Shown: one piece after another, positions 51,271 to 59,348 of the stretch
Numbering within the stretch: position 1 is the stretch's first letter
How the letters are laid out: each line of letters begins with the position of its first letter
Origin: Candidatus Firestonebacteria bacterium RIFOXYD2_FULL_39_29
GTDB taxonomy: Bacteria; Oederibacteriota; D2-FULL-39-29
Length of the DNA: 64,000 nt
NCBI GenBank assembly: GCA_001778375.1
Contig: MFGV01000018.1
Coordinates: 47,022-111,021, forward strand
Direction: 5' to 3'
The notes under the pieces: generated by a model
Database searches by the model: none
The model's input: only the letters and a program-made list of their open reading frames with translations
What the model was told of the DNA's origin: nothing
Position numbers and translations under genes: made by a program

Positions 51271-51509
51271 ATTCCTTTGCTTCTTTTACTTCATTTACTT
51301 CGTTTTCTGCATTTGCTTCACTTGCTTCCTTCCTCAGCTTCTCCTCGGGAATCCCGTGCAGGAGGGCTGCTTGATAGGCCCTGCATTGCATTTCCCGCAG
51401 GCAAGGGTGGAGGTTTCAAATATTTTTTGCGATTTTAAAGCAGGTTTTTGATATTTTGTTTTTTTAAGCTTCTTTTTTTTTCTCATTTTGCCACCTTATC
51501 CCGATTTTT

Positions 51510-51568
51510 CCGCCTAGGCGGATTTCGCAAAGATTTATGGTTTGATATTTAGACTTTCCTCAACTCCC
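51510..51568 (+). repeat. 60-bp repeat element, copy D (giant-gene leader)
   Basis: CCGCCTAGGCGGATTTCGCAAAGATTTATGGTTTGATATTTAGACTTTCCTCAACTCCC. Confidence 0.7.
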
Positions 51569-51647
51569 ATTCCTTTGCTTCTTTTACTTCATTTACTTTT
51601 TCTGCTTTGCTTGCTTCCCCTACTTCTCTTTTCCCACTTTCATCATC

Positions 51648-51705
51648 CACCCAGGTGGATTTCGCGAAGACTTATGGTCTGATATTTAGACTTCGCTCAA
51701 CTTTA
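51648..51705 (+). repeat. 60-bp repeat element, copy E (overlaps 3' end of peptidase ORF)
   Basis: CACCCAGGTGGATTTCGCGAAGACTTATGGTCTGATATTTAGACTTCGCTCAACTTTAC. Confidence 0.6.
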
Positions 51706-52085
51706 CTCACTACATGCATAATTTTATTATACATGTTCTCTTCTACTACACCAATTATATCACTTTTATTTATTTTATGCACTACCGAATCCTTAGAATC
51801 ACCTTCAACTGTGATCAGACCTGTTTTATTGTTCATTCCCGTTATTCTATGTATCAAGAACCATGACCGTGTTTTATAGCAGATAATAGATCCTACTTTC
51901 ACTTGTTTAGAATTTATAATTTTGATCTTAGAATTCGCCCTGATAGTCGGACTCATTGACCCGCCAAACACTTTAATACGAATACTTCCTTTATTTATTA
52001 TTTCATCAGCTATTATATCTCGAGCTATTTTTTTATTCACCCCTGGGAAATCCCCCATGAAGCAAATAGGTCGGTGTCCGGTCAT
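51672..52085 (-). CDS. S24/S26-family serine peptidase-like protein (LexA/signal-peptidase fold; Ser-His variant)
   Basis: 137 aa. VFGGSMSPTIRANSKIKIINSKQVKVGSIICYK...FLIHRITG...ITVEGDSKD matches the G-[DG]-S-M-x-P-T ... [KH]-R-[IV] ... GD pattern. His replaces the usual general-base Lys, as in SipW/Sec11-type enzymes. The last ~10 codons overlap a copy of the 60-bp repeat element. Confidence 0.4.
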   Translation of the reverse strand: MTGHRPICFMGDFPGVNKKIARDIIADEIINKGSIRIKVFGGSMSPTIRANSKIKIINSKQVKVGSIICYKTRSWFLIHRITGMNNKTGLITVEGDSKDSVVHKINKSDIIGVVEENMYNKIMHVVSKVERSLNIRP

Positions 52086-53236
52086 TAGATCACCGGAATT
52101 GTGAAGATAAACCTGCTGCCTTTCCCAAGCCCGTCAGATTCTGCCCAGAGTTTTCCTTTGTGAAGTTCTATTATTTTCTTGCAGATCGCGAGTCCAAGCC
52201 CGAAGCCCGCTTCCAGTTTTTTTAGGTGCTGATCCACACGGTAGAACTTGTCAAATACTTTTTGAAGATTTTCTGCGGCAATGCCTTTTCCGTTATCTTC
52301 CACAACAACTTTAATATCATTTTCGGATTTCTCAGCCCAGACACATACTTTCCCGTTCTCCGGAGTATATTTTACGGCATTCGTTACAAAATTAACAACG
52401 ACCCTGCCTATCTGGTCCATATCTCCTTTGAAAAGCAGCTTTTCACAGTCATATTTTTGCCCGGACAAAGAAGTTCCCATCACCACTTCAATATTCTTAA
52501 GACTTGCAACCGGTTTCACCGTGACAGGAATATCATCCATTATCTCCGGCATTTTAATATCCGTTATTTTTAATTCCCAGAAACCGGATTCCATTTTGGC
52601 AAAATCCAGAAGATTATCAATTAACTTTCTAATCTTATCCGCATTTCGACTTATCATCTTCAGGAGTTTTTGATTTTCCTGTGAATTATTCTTAATAAGC
52701 GTTTCTTCATCAACACCCTCGTCATCCATAAGCAGCTGAATTGCTCCGGAGATAGAAGCTAAAGGAGTTTTAAGTTCATGTGAAACTATGGAAAGAAATT
52801 CGTCCTTCAGCTTATCCATCTGCTGCAAAGATATAACCTGAGATTTTAGCTTCTTTGTTTCACAAGCTTTTATTATAAGCGCTATAAGCTGATCAATATT
52901 ATACGGTTTATGTATAAAATCAAAGGCACCCTTTCTCAAACTTTCAATAGCTGTTTCCATGGTACCAAAACCAGTTGCCATTATTACCTCTATTCCCGGT
53001 TTCATTTCTTTCACTTTACCAAGAACTGTTATCCCGTCCATTTCAGGCATTTTAATATCGGAAATAATAACATCAACATCCTCTTTTTCCGCTTTTTCAA
53101 CGCCAAGTTTACCATTCGCAGCTGTTAAAACATTGTAACCTTCATTCATAAGTGTAAATGAAAGCATTTCCCTTAAATCCTGTTCATCATCAATTACTAA
53201 AACCGTCCATTTTTTATCCACCTGTTCTCCTTTCAT
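52085..53236 (-). CDS. Hybrid response-regulator/histidine kinase (N-terminal receiver + HisKA + HATPase_c)
   Basis: Receiver (LVIDDEQDLREML...ISDIKMPEMDGITVL...KPYNI), then the H-box (SIVSHELKTPL), and N/G boxes (NAVKYTPENGKVCV; DNGKGIAAENLQKVFDKFYRVD; GFGLGLAICKKIIELHKGKLWAES). Confidence 0.7.
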   Translation of the reverse strand: MKGEQVDKKWTVLVIDDEQDLREMLSFTLMNEGYNVLTAANGKLGVEKAEKEDVDVIISDIKMPEMDGITVLGKVKEMKPGIEVIMATGFGTMETAIESLRKGAFDFIHKPYNIDQLIALIIKACETKKLKSQVISLQQMDKLKDEFLSIVSHELKTPLASISGAIQLLMDDEGVDEETLIKNNSQENQKLLKMISRNADKIRKLIDNLLDFAKMESGFWELKITDIKMPEIMDDIPVTVKPVASLKNIEVVMGTSLSGQKYDCEKLLFKGDMDQIGRVVVNFVTNAVKYTPENGKVCVWAEKSENDIKVVVEDNGKGIAAENLQKVFDKFYRVDQHLKKLEAGFGLGLAICKKIIELHKGKLWAESDGLGKGSRFIFTIPVI

Positions 53237-54487
53237 TTACGGATTACTTTGCTCTGTTTTCTGAGGTTCCGCCTGTGTAATCGGCAGTTTAACAACAATG
53301 TTTGTTCCCTTATCCATTTCACTGATGATTTGAATTGTTCCGCCATTTCTAGTAATTATTCCATGACACAAACTCAGTCCCAGGCCTGTACCTTTGCCTA
53401 CGTCTTTTGTGGTAAAAAACGGTTCAAAAATATGATGCTTTACGTCCTCCGACATTCCTTTTCCTGTATCCGCGACGGATATTTCGATACATTCATCAAG
53501 CTGTTTTGTGGTTATAGTTATTATCCCGCCTGAGGGCATAGCATCAACGGCATTGTTACATAGGTTCACAATAACCTGCTGTATCTGATTTTTATTCGTC
53601 AATATCTGCGGCACCTGACTATACTTTTTTGAAACCTCCACATTTTTAACCTTTGACCAGGCCTGTACCAGGGTTAACGCCTGATCAATGGCTTCATTGA
53701 TATCAATATTTTCTTTCTCAAGTTTCTCTGTTCTCGAAAACGCCAGCAGATCACTGACTATCTTTTTGCACCTTCCCGTGGCATTCTCAATTGACTTAAG
53801 CGGTTTGTACATTGGATCATCTTCTTGTACTTTCTTCAGTATAGCCTGAGAATAACCGAGTATAATAGTAAGAGGATTATTTATTTCATGCGCGACACCT
53901 CCGGCTAATTGCCCGACAGCCGCCATTTTTTCGCTTTGACGCAGCTGTTTACCGGTAGATTCAAGCTTGCTTATTGCCTCATTTAGCTTCGCATTCTTTT
54001 CTTCAAGCTTCTCATATACATGATCCATCTCCATATCCAATGCTGCTCTCATAGTATTATCCTGGAAGAAAAACACCACTCCTGTTATTTCTTTCTGCGC
54101 GTTTTTTACCGGCCCGCCAATAATATTTAATCGCAGTTTAGAAGTTTTCAATTCGGTTTCTTTTACAATGTTTTCTTTTTCCCCCTTCAAAATAGAGTCA
54201 ATAATATCTTCCAGTTCCGCTTTAGCTATGACATCTTTGCTCTCCACGGCTTCAGACAAACCTACCAATCTTTTAAACGAAGCATTAATAAAAAGAATGT
54301 TTTTCTTTACGTCAAATATTATCTGACCAACACCCAGGGCTTCCAGCGTTTCGACACCCTTCATGAATTTTACAAGCTTAGGAAGGATTTCCTCATTGAT
54401 TATTTTTTTCATCTGGAAAGGAGTAATATTATCCGAGGTGAACCCGTGTTTTTTTAACCCTGAGTCAACGATCGCTTTTGCAAACAT
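53237..54487 (-). CDS. Cytoplasmic sensor histidine kinase with PAS-like N-terminal region
   Basis: No TM segments. H-box (VAHEINNPLTIILGYSQ), N-box (NLCNNAVDAMPSGG), and G-boxes (DTGKGMSEDVKHHIFEPFFTTK; GTGLGLSLCHGIITRNGGTIQIISE). It sits directly upstream of the hybrid kinase. Confidence 0.7.
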   Translation of the reverse strand: MFAKAIVDSGLKKHGFTSDNITPFQMKKIINEEILPKLVKFMKGVETLEALGVGQIIFDVKKNILFINASFKRLVGLSEAVESKDVIAKAELEDIIDSILKGEKENIVKETELKTSKLRLNIIGGPVKNAQKEITGVVFFFQDNTMRAALDMEMDHVYEKLEEKNAKLNEAISKLESTGKQLRQSEKMAAVGQLAGGVAHEINNPLTIILGYSQAILKKVQEDDPMYKPLKSIENATGRCKKIVSDLLAFSRTEKLEKENIDINEAIDQALTLVQAWSKVKNVEVSKKYSQVPQILTNKNQIQQVIVNLCNNAVDAMPSGGIITITTKQLDECIEISVADTGKGMSEDVKHHIFEPFFTTKDVGKGTGLGLSLCHGIITRNGGTIQIISEMDKGTNIVVKLPITQAEPQKTEQSNP

Positions 54488-54574
54488 CGGATTAACAAGA
54501 GCAATTTTCGAAATTATATTATTGTATAATTCGTTTCCTATAAAACCCCCTGTAAATTTTCGAATTATTATGGT

Positions 54575-55276
54575 TTACTTTGCGCCGTCAAAAAGCTCCG
54601 GATGTTTTACTTTATAATCTTCGATATAACCGTCTATCTTCCCGGGATAGCCCATGATAAAACGGCAATATTTATCTCCTTTTGCCCTGCATAATATTTC
54701 CTTTGCAACCAATTCTATTCCAAAACTAACCTCGCACCATCCTGCGGAATATCCTGAATTCATAAAACAAACACAAATATTAGAAGATTTTTTCATGGAA
54801 ACCCAGGAATCAGCTTCAAAGGACTGCGGATGATCATATATGAGATAAAAATTTTCATCCGGAGACGGCTTGCTTTCTTCAAAAATATCCACATAGGCCC
54901 AGCCTGAATACGCAAAATGTATAGGGCCTGAAGATAATTTTGCAATCGGATCTCTTACATCCATGGATTTATGAAATGCTTTTGCATCAGCTCGCCCTAT
55001 CGACCGAGCAATATCATAGAGGATACTGCCTGTTGCCTTATTCGCTTCTATTTCTTCCAGCCCCGGGTAAAGAGTTTTGATAAATTCAAAAAATTCCACT
55101 GACATGGATGACGCCCGGAGCAATATATATCTTTCCCCTCCGATTGTTATTATTCCTTTGGCAGGATTTTCTTCGCGTAAACTGAAATACTTTTTTACAT
55201 ATTCCGCTGCCTTCTCAAACAACGGCTCCATTGCTTGTGGCACTTTTACTGTTGAAATAGTCATACCCACCCCCAA
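54575..55276 (-). CDS. Hypothetical protein, possibly V4R/XylR-N-like ligand-sensing domain protein
   Basis: 233 aa and soluble, with weak resemblance to V4R hydrocarbon-binding sensor domains (ITIGGERYILLRASSMSVEFFEFIKTL...). Low certainty. Confidence 0.2.
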   Translation of the reverse strand: MGVGMTISTVKVPQAMEPLFEKAAEYVKKYFSLREENPAKGIITIGGERYILLRASSMSVEFFEFIKTLYPGLEEIEANKATGSILYDIARSIGRADAKAFHKSMDVRDPIAKLSSGPIHFAYSGWAYVDIFEESKPSPDENFYLIYDHPQSFEADSWVSMKKSSNICVCFMNSGYSAGWCEVSFGIELVAKEILCRAKGDKYCRFIMGYPGKIDGYIEDYKVKHPELFDGAK

Positions 55277-55498
55277 ATAATCGACATTTAAAATAAATTA
55301 ATTGTATACCTTTTCAATATTCCTAGTTTACCATGCGCTTATACTCAAGAAGATACATGAGTTTATTGAAACCTATTGTAATTTTAACCTAAAAAGAGCC
55401 TATTATTCAACAAAAACCTGTCAAATAATACCAATTTTCAAACAATAATATTTGATGTTTCCAATACTCTTTTTCATCATTCGCTGCCATCGCTCAAT

Positions 55499-55560
55499 CC
55501 GCCCAGGCGGATCTTGCAAAGGGTTTATGGTCAGATATTTATACCTTTGCTCAACTCCCC
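55499..55560 (+). repeat. 60-bp repeat element, copy F (between rSAM gene and V4R-like gene)
   Basis: CCGCCCAGGCGGATCTTGCAAAGGGTTTATGGTCAGATATTTATACCTTTGCTCAACTCCCC. Confidence 0.7.
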
Positions 55561-56579
55561 TTCTTTACCTGCTTTCGCAGGGCTGCCATTTCACATGCGG
55601 ACTTTGATTTCCCGTACAAACTTCCGTTTTCAAGCATAGCCAGACCGGGACACCTGTTACAATAACGGATATCTTTACAAATTACGCATTCTTTCAAGTC
55701 TTTAAGTTTCATGTTCCGTATTTTTTTTAGCACCGCGGAACTTTTCCATATTTCTTTAAAAGTTTTCTTTCTTAGATTTCCGGCAGAAAGCGGAATCTGC
55801 AGACAGGAGAGAACATCGCCGTAAGGATTTATAGCTACAAAGTTTTTACCGGCAGAGCATATAACATTTTTCTCAAGATATTTACTTGAATAGCGCCAAA
55901 CTGCGCAATGCTGCCTTACTACTTTTTGCAAAACATCATTTCCAATTTTTCCCCGGGTGTTTTCTGTACTTCCGTCATTTTTTGGCGCTATAACAGGGTC
56001 AAAAAGCATTTTAAAACCATTCTTTTTGGCAAATGCAGTTATTGCTTTTTTCTCCGGGTAATTAGACATCATAAGAGGAGTTTTAATCCTGGCACATATC
56101 CCGGCCTTTTTAATTTCTTTCAGCGCTTTCATAGTTTTATAAAACGAACCTTTAACGCCGGTAATTTCGTCGTGTACTTTTGCTTTTAAAGAGTAAAGAC
56201 TGGCACTTATCTCATTAATATTCAACAATTTAAGTTTTTTAATTCTTGAAGGAGTTAAGAGAGTGGCATTAGTCAGAATAGTCACCGCAAATCTTTTTTC
56301 CACGGCATATTCAAGTATTTCAAACACATCTTTTCTCAAAAATATCTCCCCGCCCGTAAATGCCAGGAAAAGACATCCCTCTTCCGCCAGTTGATCAAGA
56401 ACCTTTTTCACCTCACCAGTTGTCAGTTCCCTTTCTCCACTTTCCCCACTTTTTTCACTCTGCCCTCCGGGCAGATAACAATGCGAGCATTTCAAATTAC
56501 ACCTATAAGTTAATTCAATCATAGACCAGGCTGGAATATTATTTTCTTCGGTTATTATGGCAAGTTCAGCTTCTAGCAT
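55551..56579 (-). CDS. Radical SAM / SPASM-domain peptide-modifying enzyme
   Basis: CxxxCxxC cluster (ELTYRCNLKCSHCY), a glycine-rich SAM motif (LAFTGGEIFL), and a C-terminal Cys-rich SPASM region (C..C...C.CxxC: SCLQ...CVICKDIRYCNRCPGLA). Confidence 0.75.
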   Translation of the reverse strand: MLEAELAIITEENNIPAWSMIELTYRCNLKCSHCYLPGGQSEKSGESGERELTTGEVKKVLDQLAEEGCLFLAFTGGEIFLRKDVFEILEYAVEKRFAVTILTNATLLTPSRIKKLKLLNINEISASLYSLKAKVHDEITGVKGSFYKTMKALKEIKKAGICARIKTPLMMSNYPEKKAITAFAKKNGFKMLFDPVIAPKNDGSTENTRGKIGNDVLQKVVRQHCAVWRYSSKYLEKNVICSAGKNFVAINPYGDVLSCLQIPLSAGNLRKKTFKEIWKSSAVLKKIRNMKLKDLKECVICKDIRYCNRCPGLAMLENGSLYGKSKSACEMAALRKQVKKGS

Positions 56580-56833
56580 TTTTGAATTATTTTCCCGGCA
56601 AGAAGCTCCCTAATAAAAGCAACAACATCTTTTTCTGCCCTGACCTCGGAGATATCGTATTCCGACGCAAGTTTCTTTACCATACTGTTTTCAGCGGTAT
56701 TCTTTACTAACAATTTGAAAAGAAAAGTTCCGGTTGAATTTAATTTTACCAATTTCATCTTTTCCGGCTGAACGATATAATAACTGTTCTTGATCAACCG
56801 TGCCGCCACACCGCTTTTTATTTTATACGCCAT
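56573..56833 (-). CDS. PqqD-family peptide chaperone (RRE-type) protein
   Basis: 86 aa. The pattern (YYIVQPEKMKLVKLNSTGTFLFKLLVKNTAENSMVKKLASEYDISEVRAEKDVVAFIRELLAGKII) fits PqqD/RRE (L-x-L-N-x-[ST]-[GA]...[IL]-W...[DE]-[IV]...F-[IL]-x-x-L...G-[IL]-I). It overlaps the rSAM gene start by 7 nt. Confidence 0.5.
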   Translation of the reverse strand: MAYKIKSGVAARLIKNSYYIVQPEKMKLVKLNSTGTFLFKLLVKNTAENSMVKKLASEYDISEVRAEKDVVAFIRELLAGKIIQKC

Positions 56834-57516
56834 AAAACTCTCCAGAACCCCGTTTTTTTGAACTCCAATATGTTTTTTTCCACCGAGCTGATGAAATCAT
56901 AGCTCAACCCGGCTATCTTTTTCTCCGGCTTAAAGAGTATAACATTTCTTAAGAGCTTTGCCCACGCCCTCTCCGTTGCAATTGGTTTTAAAGCATTTTC
57001 CCGAGCTTGTTTTAGAAATAAAAGCTTTGGACTGCCAGCACTTTTATTCGTTCCCCCGCCTTTCATCAGTCCCATAAACGGAGTTCCATAAAGCTTCCAG
57101 CTTTTCCCCACCTTTCTTACTGCAACTATCTCATCACTTAAGACAACTCCGCATTTTCTACTGGCTTCCGCCACCGTAGTTTTACCCGCTCCGCTTATCC
57201 CCGTGAATATGTACCCCTTCCCCCGTGAAATAACCCCGGAAGCATGCAAGAAAAACCCGTTATGTTTCAGTAGTAAAGAAGAGTAAGTAAGCCGGAGAAA
57301 CGTGTCAAACGCATACTTATTGGGAAGTCCTTTGTAAACAAGAGTTATTTTAGCCGGAGTATTTTTAAGTGAAAACTCTTTATACCTTTTCTTTAGGATT
57401 TTGAAAAACGCTGTCTGATATTTTTCAGCTAGAGCGATACTACTGCCAACCCCGGCAATACACAAGTACAGCATTCTTTCACGTTTAATACCATTTTCCT
57501 TCATAATTATTTTCAT
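56818..57516 (-). CDS. HPr-kinase-related (HprK C-terminal domain-like) P-loop protein
   Basis: FFLHASGVISRGKGYIFTGISGAGKTTVAEASRKCGVVLSDEIVAV matches the HprK C-domain P-loop (LHA..V...G.G.L[IF]TG.SG.GKS..A..L...G..L.SD[DE]). This family recurs next to PqqD/radical-SAM genes in RiPP-like cassettes. Confidence 0.6.
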   Translation of the reverse strand: MKIIMKENGIKRERMLYLCIAGVGSSIALAEKYQTAFFKILKKRYKEFSLKNTPAKITLVYKGLPNKYAFDTFLRLTYSSLLLKHNGFFLHASGVISRGKGYIFTGISGAGKTTVAEASRKCGVVLSDEIVAVRKVGKSWKLYGTPFMGLMKGGGTNKSAGSPKLLFLKQARENALKPIATERAWAKLLRNVILFKPEKKIAGLSYDFISSVEKNILEFKKTGFWRVLWRIK

Positions 57517-58424
57517 AATTTTAGTGCTTTACCCAGTTTGGCAAGGGCCTTTTTATGTTTCACCTTATCCATCTTATTAATATTTTCAAGTTTCCACTTT
57601 ACCCCCGGAAGCTCTTCTACTCCATCAACATCCAGTAATTCCCACACCGGAGCGCCGCTTTTAAATGATATTAAAAACTCTTTCTCCTTTGATGTAAGTT
57701 TTTCATTAATTTCTTTAACTATTATTTTCCTGTACTCAACAAGTTCAGAATATTTAACATCCGGCACCATACCGGAAAATTCATTATCAAATACGAGTTG
57801 CATGTCGCTCAGATTTGGCGCCAATAGTTCCGCCATAGGGCGATTATGACTAATTAGATACACAATAAACGCCTTGCGCACTTGTTCGGTAATCCCTTCG
57901 TTTTTCAGGAGAAGCATTGCATCGAATATGTCGCGTGGATGCTGCCTGTCAAGCGCGGCACATAATTTCGAGCCAAATGTCTCAGCAAATGATAATACCT
58001 TAACAGATGTAAATCTTCCAAAAACTTCTACGGCTTTATCACACAAGGGCCTTTCTTCGCATTTATATATTGCCCCACGTATAGTTGTACTTGTTTCTAT
58101 TTTTATTTCCACATCATCTTCTTTTATATATAGTTTTGTAATAAGATTACCGCCAACTTTGTATTCTTTAATATTAACTGTTTTAATATTGTTTTTAATC
58201 CGGCGAGAAATATCAAGGAAACTATCATTAATGGCTGTTAGTGTTTCATTCCTTGGATAAATTTTGGTATATGTTAAATCTATGTCTACTGAATACCGGG
58301 GCATGTTTCTATAGAAGAAGTTTATCGCCGTTCCTCCACGCAATGCGAATTCTGTATCAAGAAATATATGTGGAAGGATTTTCATAAGCAGTTCGACTTG
58401 CCTATGGTAAATATTAGTAGTCAT
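57513..58424 (-). CDS. Nucleotidyltransferase, AbiEii/AbiGii-toxin family (DUF1814-like)
   Basis: N-terminal hallmark FALRGGTAINFFYRNMPRYSVDIDLTYT is the minimal NTase G-x-x-hh motif plus the D-I-D catalytic pair typical of AbiEii. It overlaps the HprK-like gene by 4 nt. Confidence 0.6.
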   Translation of the reverse strand: MTTNIYHRQVELLMKILPHIFLDTEFALRGGTAINFFYRNMPRYSVDIDLTYTKIYPRNETLTAINDSFLDISRRIKNNIKTVNIKEYKVGGNLITKLYIKEDDVEIKIETSTTIRGAIYKCEERPLCDKAVEVFGRFTSVKVLSFAETFGSKLCAALDRQHPRDIFDAMLLLKNEGITEQVRKAFIVYLISHNRPMAELLAPNLSDMQLVFDNEFSGMVPDVKYSELVEYRKIIVKEINEKLTSKEKEFLISFKSGAPVWELLDVDGVEELPGVKWKLENINKMDKVKHKKALAKLGKALKL

Positions 58425-59235
58425 GGTCTTGCTCCCCTTCAGGAACCACTATTTTATATTTTGAATTATAATGCCCCTTATCTGCAAGCTTTCTTTTACC
58501 GGAGCCAAAAGTTACCCTGCTGAGGTCTAAATACTTTACACAAGGAAGATTATGTTTCTCCGCCAAATACATAAACAAGCGTTTTGCTTTGACTGAAGTA
58601 CATCTTTCTAAAAGTGTTTGGACTAAGTTAGGCCGTAAGTCAAATAAACCGGATATTATGTGGTCCATCTCTCCAAAACTGCCGTTATATTGATAATCAT
58701 AGCAATACTCTAAAGCAGCTCTTTCCCTGGAAGAGATATTTAATTCATAATTTCCAAAATTATGTTTTACAAACCCTATATCATCGCAATTTTGAAGAAA
58801 ATTTGTCATAGTATATTTATACTTCTGATTCCAGTTATAGGTTTTAAACCACTTAGGTAATTTCCGGTGAGCAGGCCCAAATAATTTGACTTCCACAACA
58901 CTTGGATCATTTGGTATGTATTGAGCGGCGCCTTTCATTGCTAAAGCAGTTTTGCCTCCGGGATGAACGAGCAGTTTCAAATAGGTTTGAAGAGCATAAA
59001 CACCACCGCTCCAATCAACCCTATCTCCGGTTTTTATAAACGCACCAGGCCCTAGCCGTTTTAACCAGTTGCTTCTAACATAGGCATTTGCCAAAGAAGG
59101 ATATACACCTGCACTTTCAAGTGAGCATGACAGGGATACAGTATTACTCGGCCATGACTGGAGCAACTGGTTTATTATTGTTCCATTATTAGTATTCATA
59201 CTATGCATATTAGCACTATAATAAACTTTTGTCAA
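58414..59235 (-). CDS. Hypothetical protein, possible AbiEi-like antitoxin/regulator partner
   Basis: 273 aa, encoded immediately upstream of and overlapping (11 nt) the AbiEii-like gene, which is the canonical AbiEi-AbiEii order. The N-terminal region (SLANAYVRSNWLKRLGPGAFIKTGDRVDWSGGVYAL) is weakly AbiEi-like. Confidence 0.3.
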   Translation of the reverse strand: MTKVYYSANMHSMNTNNGTIINQLLQSWPSNTVSLSCSLESAGVYPSLANAYVRSNWLKRLGPGAFIKTGDRVDWSGGVYALQTYLKLLVHPGGKTALAMKGAAQYIPNDPSVVEVKLFGPAHRKLPKWFKTYNWNQKYKYTMTNFLQNCDDIGFVKHNFGNYELNISSRERAALEYCYDYQYNGSFGEMDHIISGLFDLRPNLVQTLLERCTSVKAKRLFMYLAEKHNLPCVKYLDLSRVTFGSGKRKLADKGHYNSKYKIVVPEGEQDHDY

Positions 59236-59348
59236 CTCAAAGGTTTATATTTGTGCTGATTTGCATAGTTTTTATGGACATATACGCACAATAATGAACT
59301 ATTAAATTAAGTCCGATAGTAAGATCAAAAACTCATTTCCAATGATTT

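Noticed and set aside
51200-51720. The 60-bp element as a -35/-10 promoter in either orientation
   Set aside because: Candidate hexamers (TTGAGC ... TATAAAT) are only 5 bp apart in minus orientation, and no sensible 16-18-bp spacing exists. The hairpin/REP-like or binding-site interpretation is kept instead.
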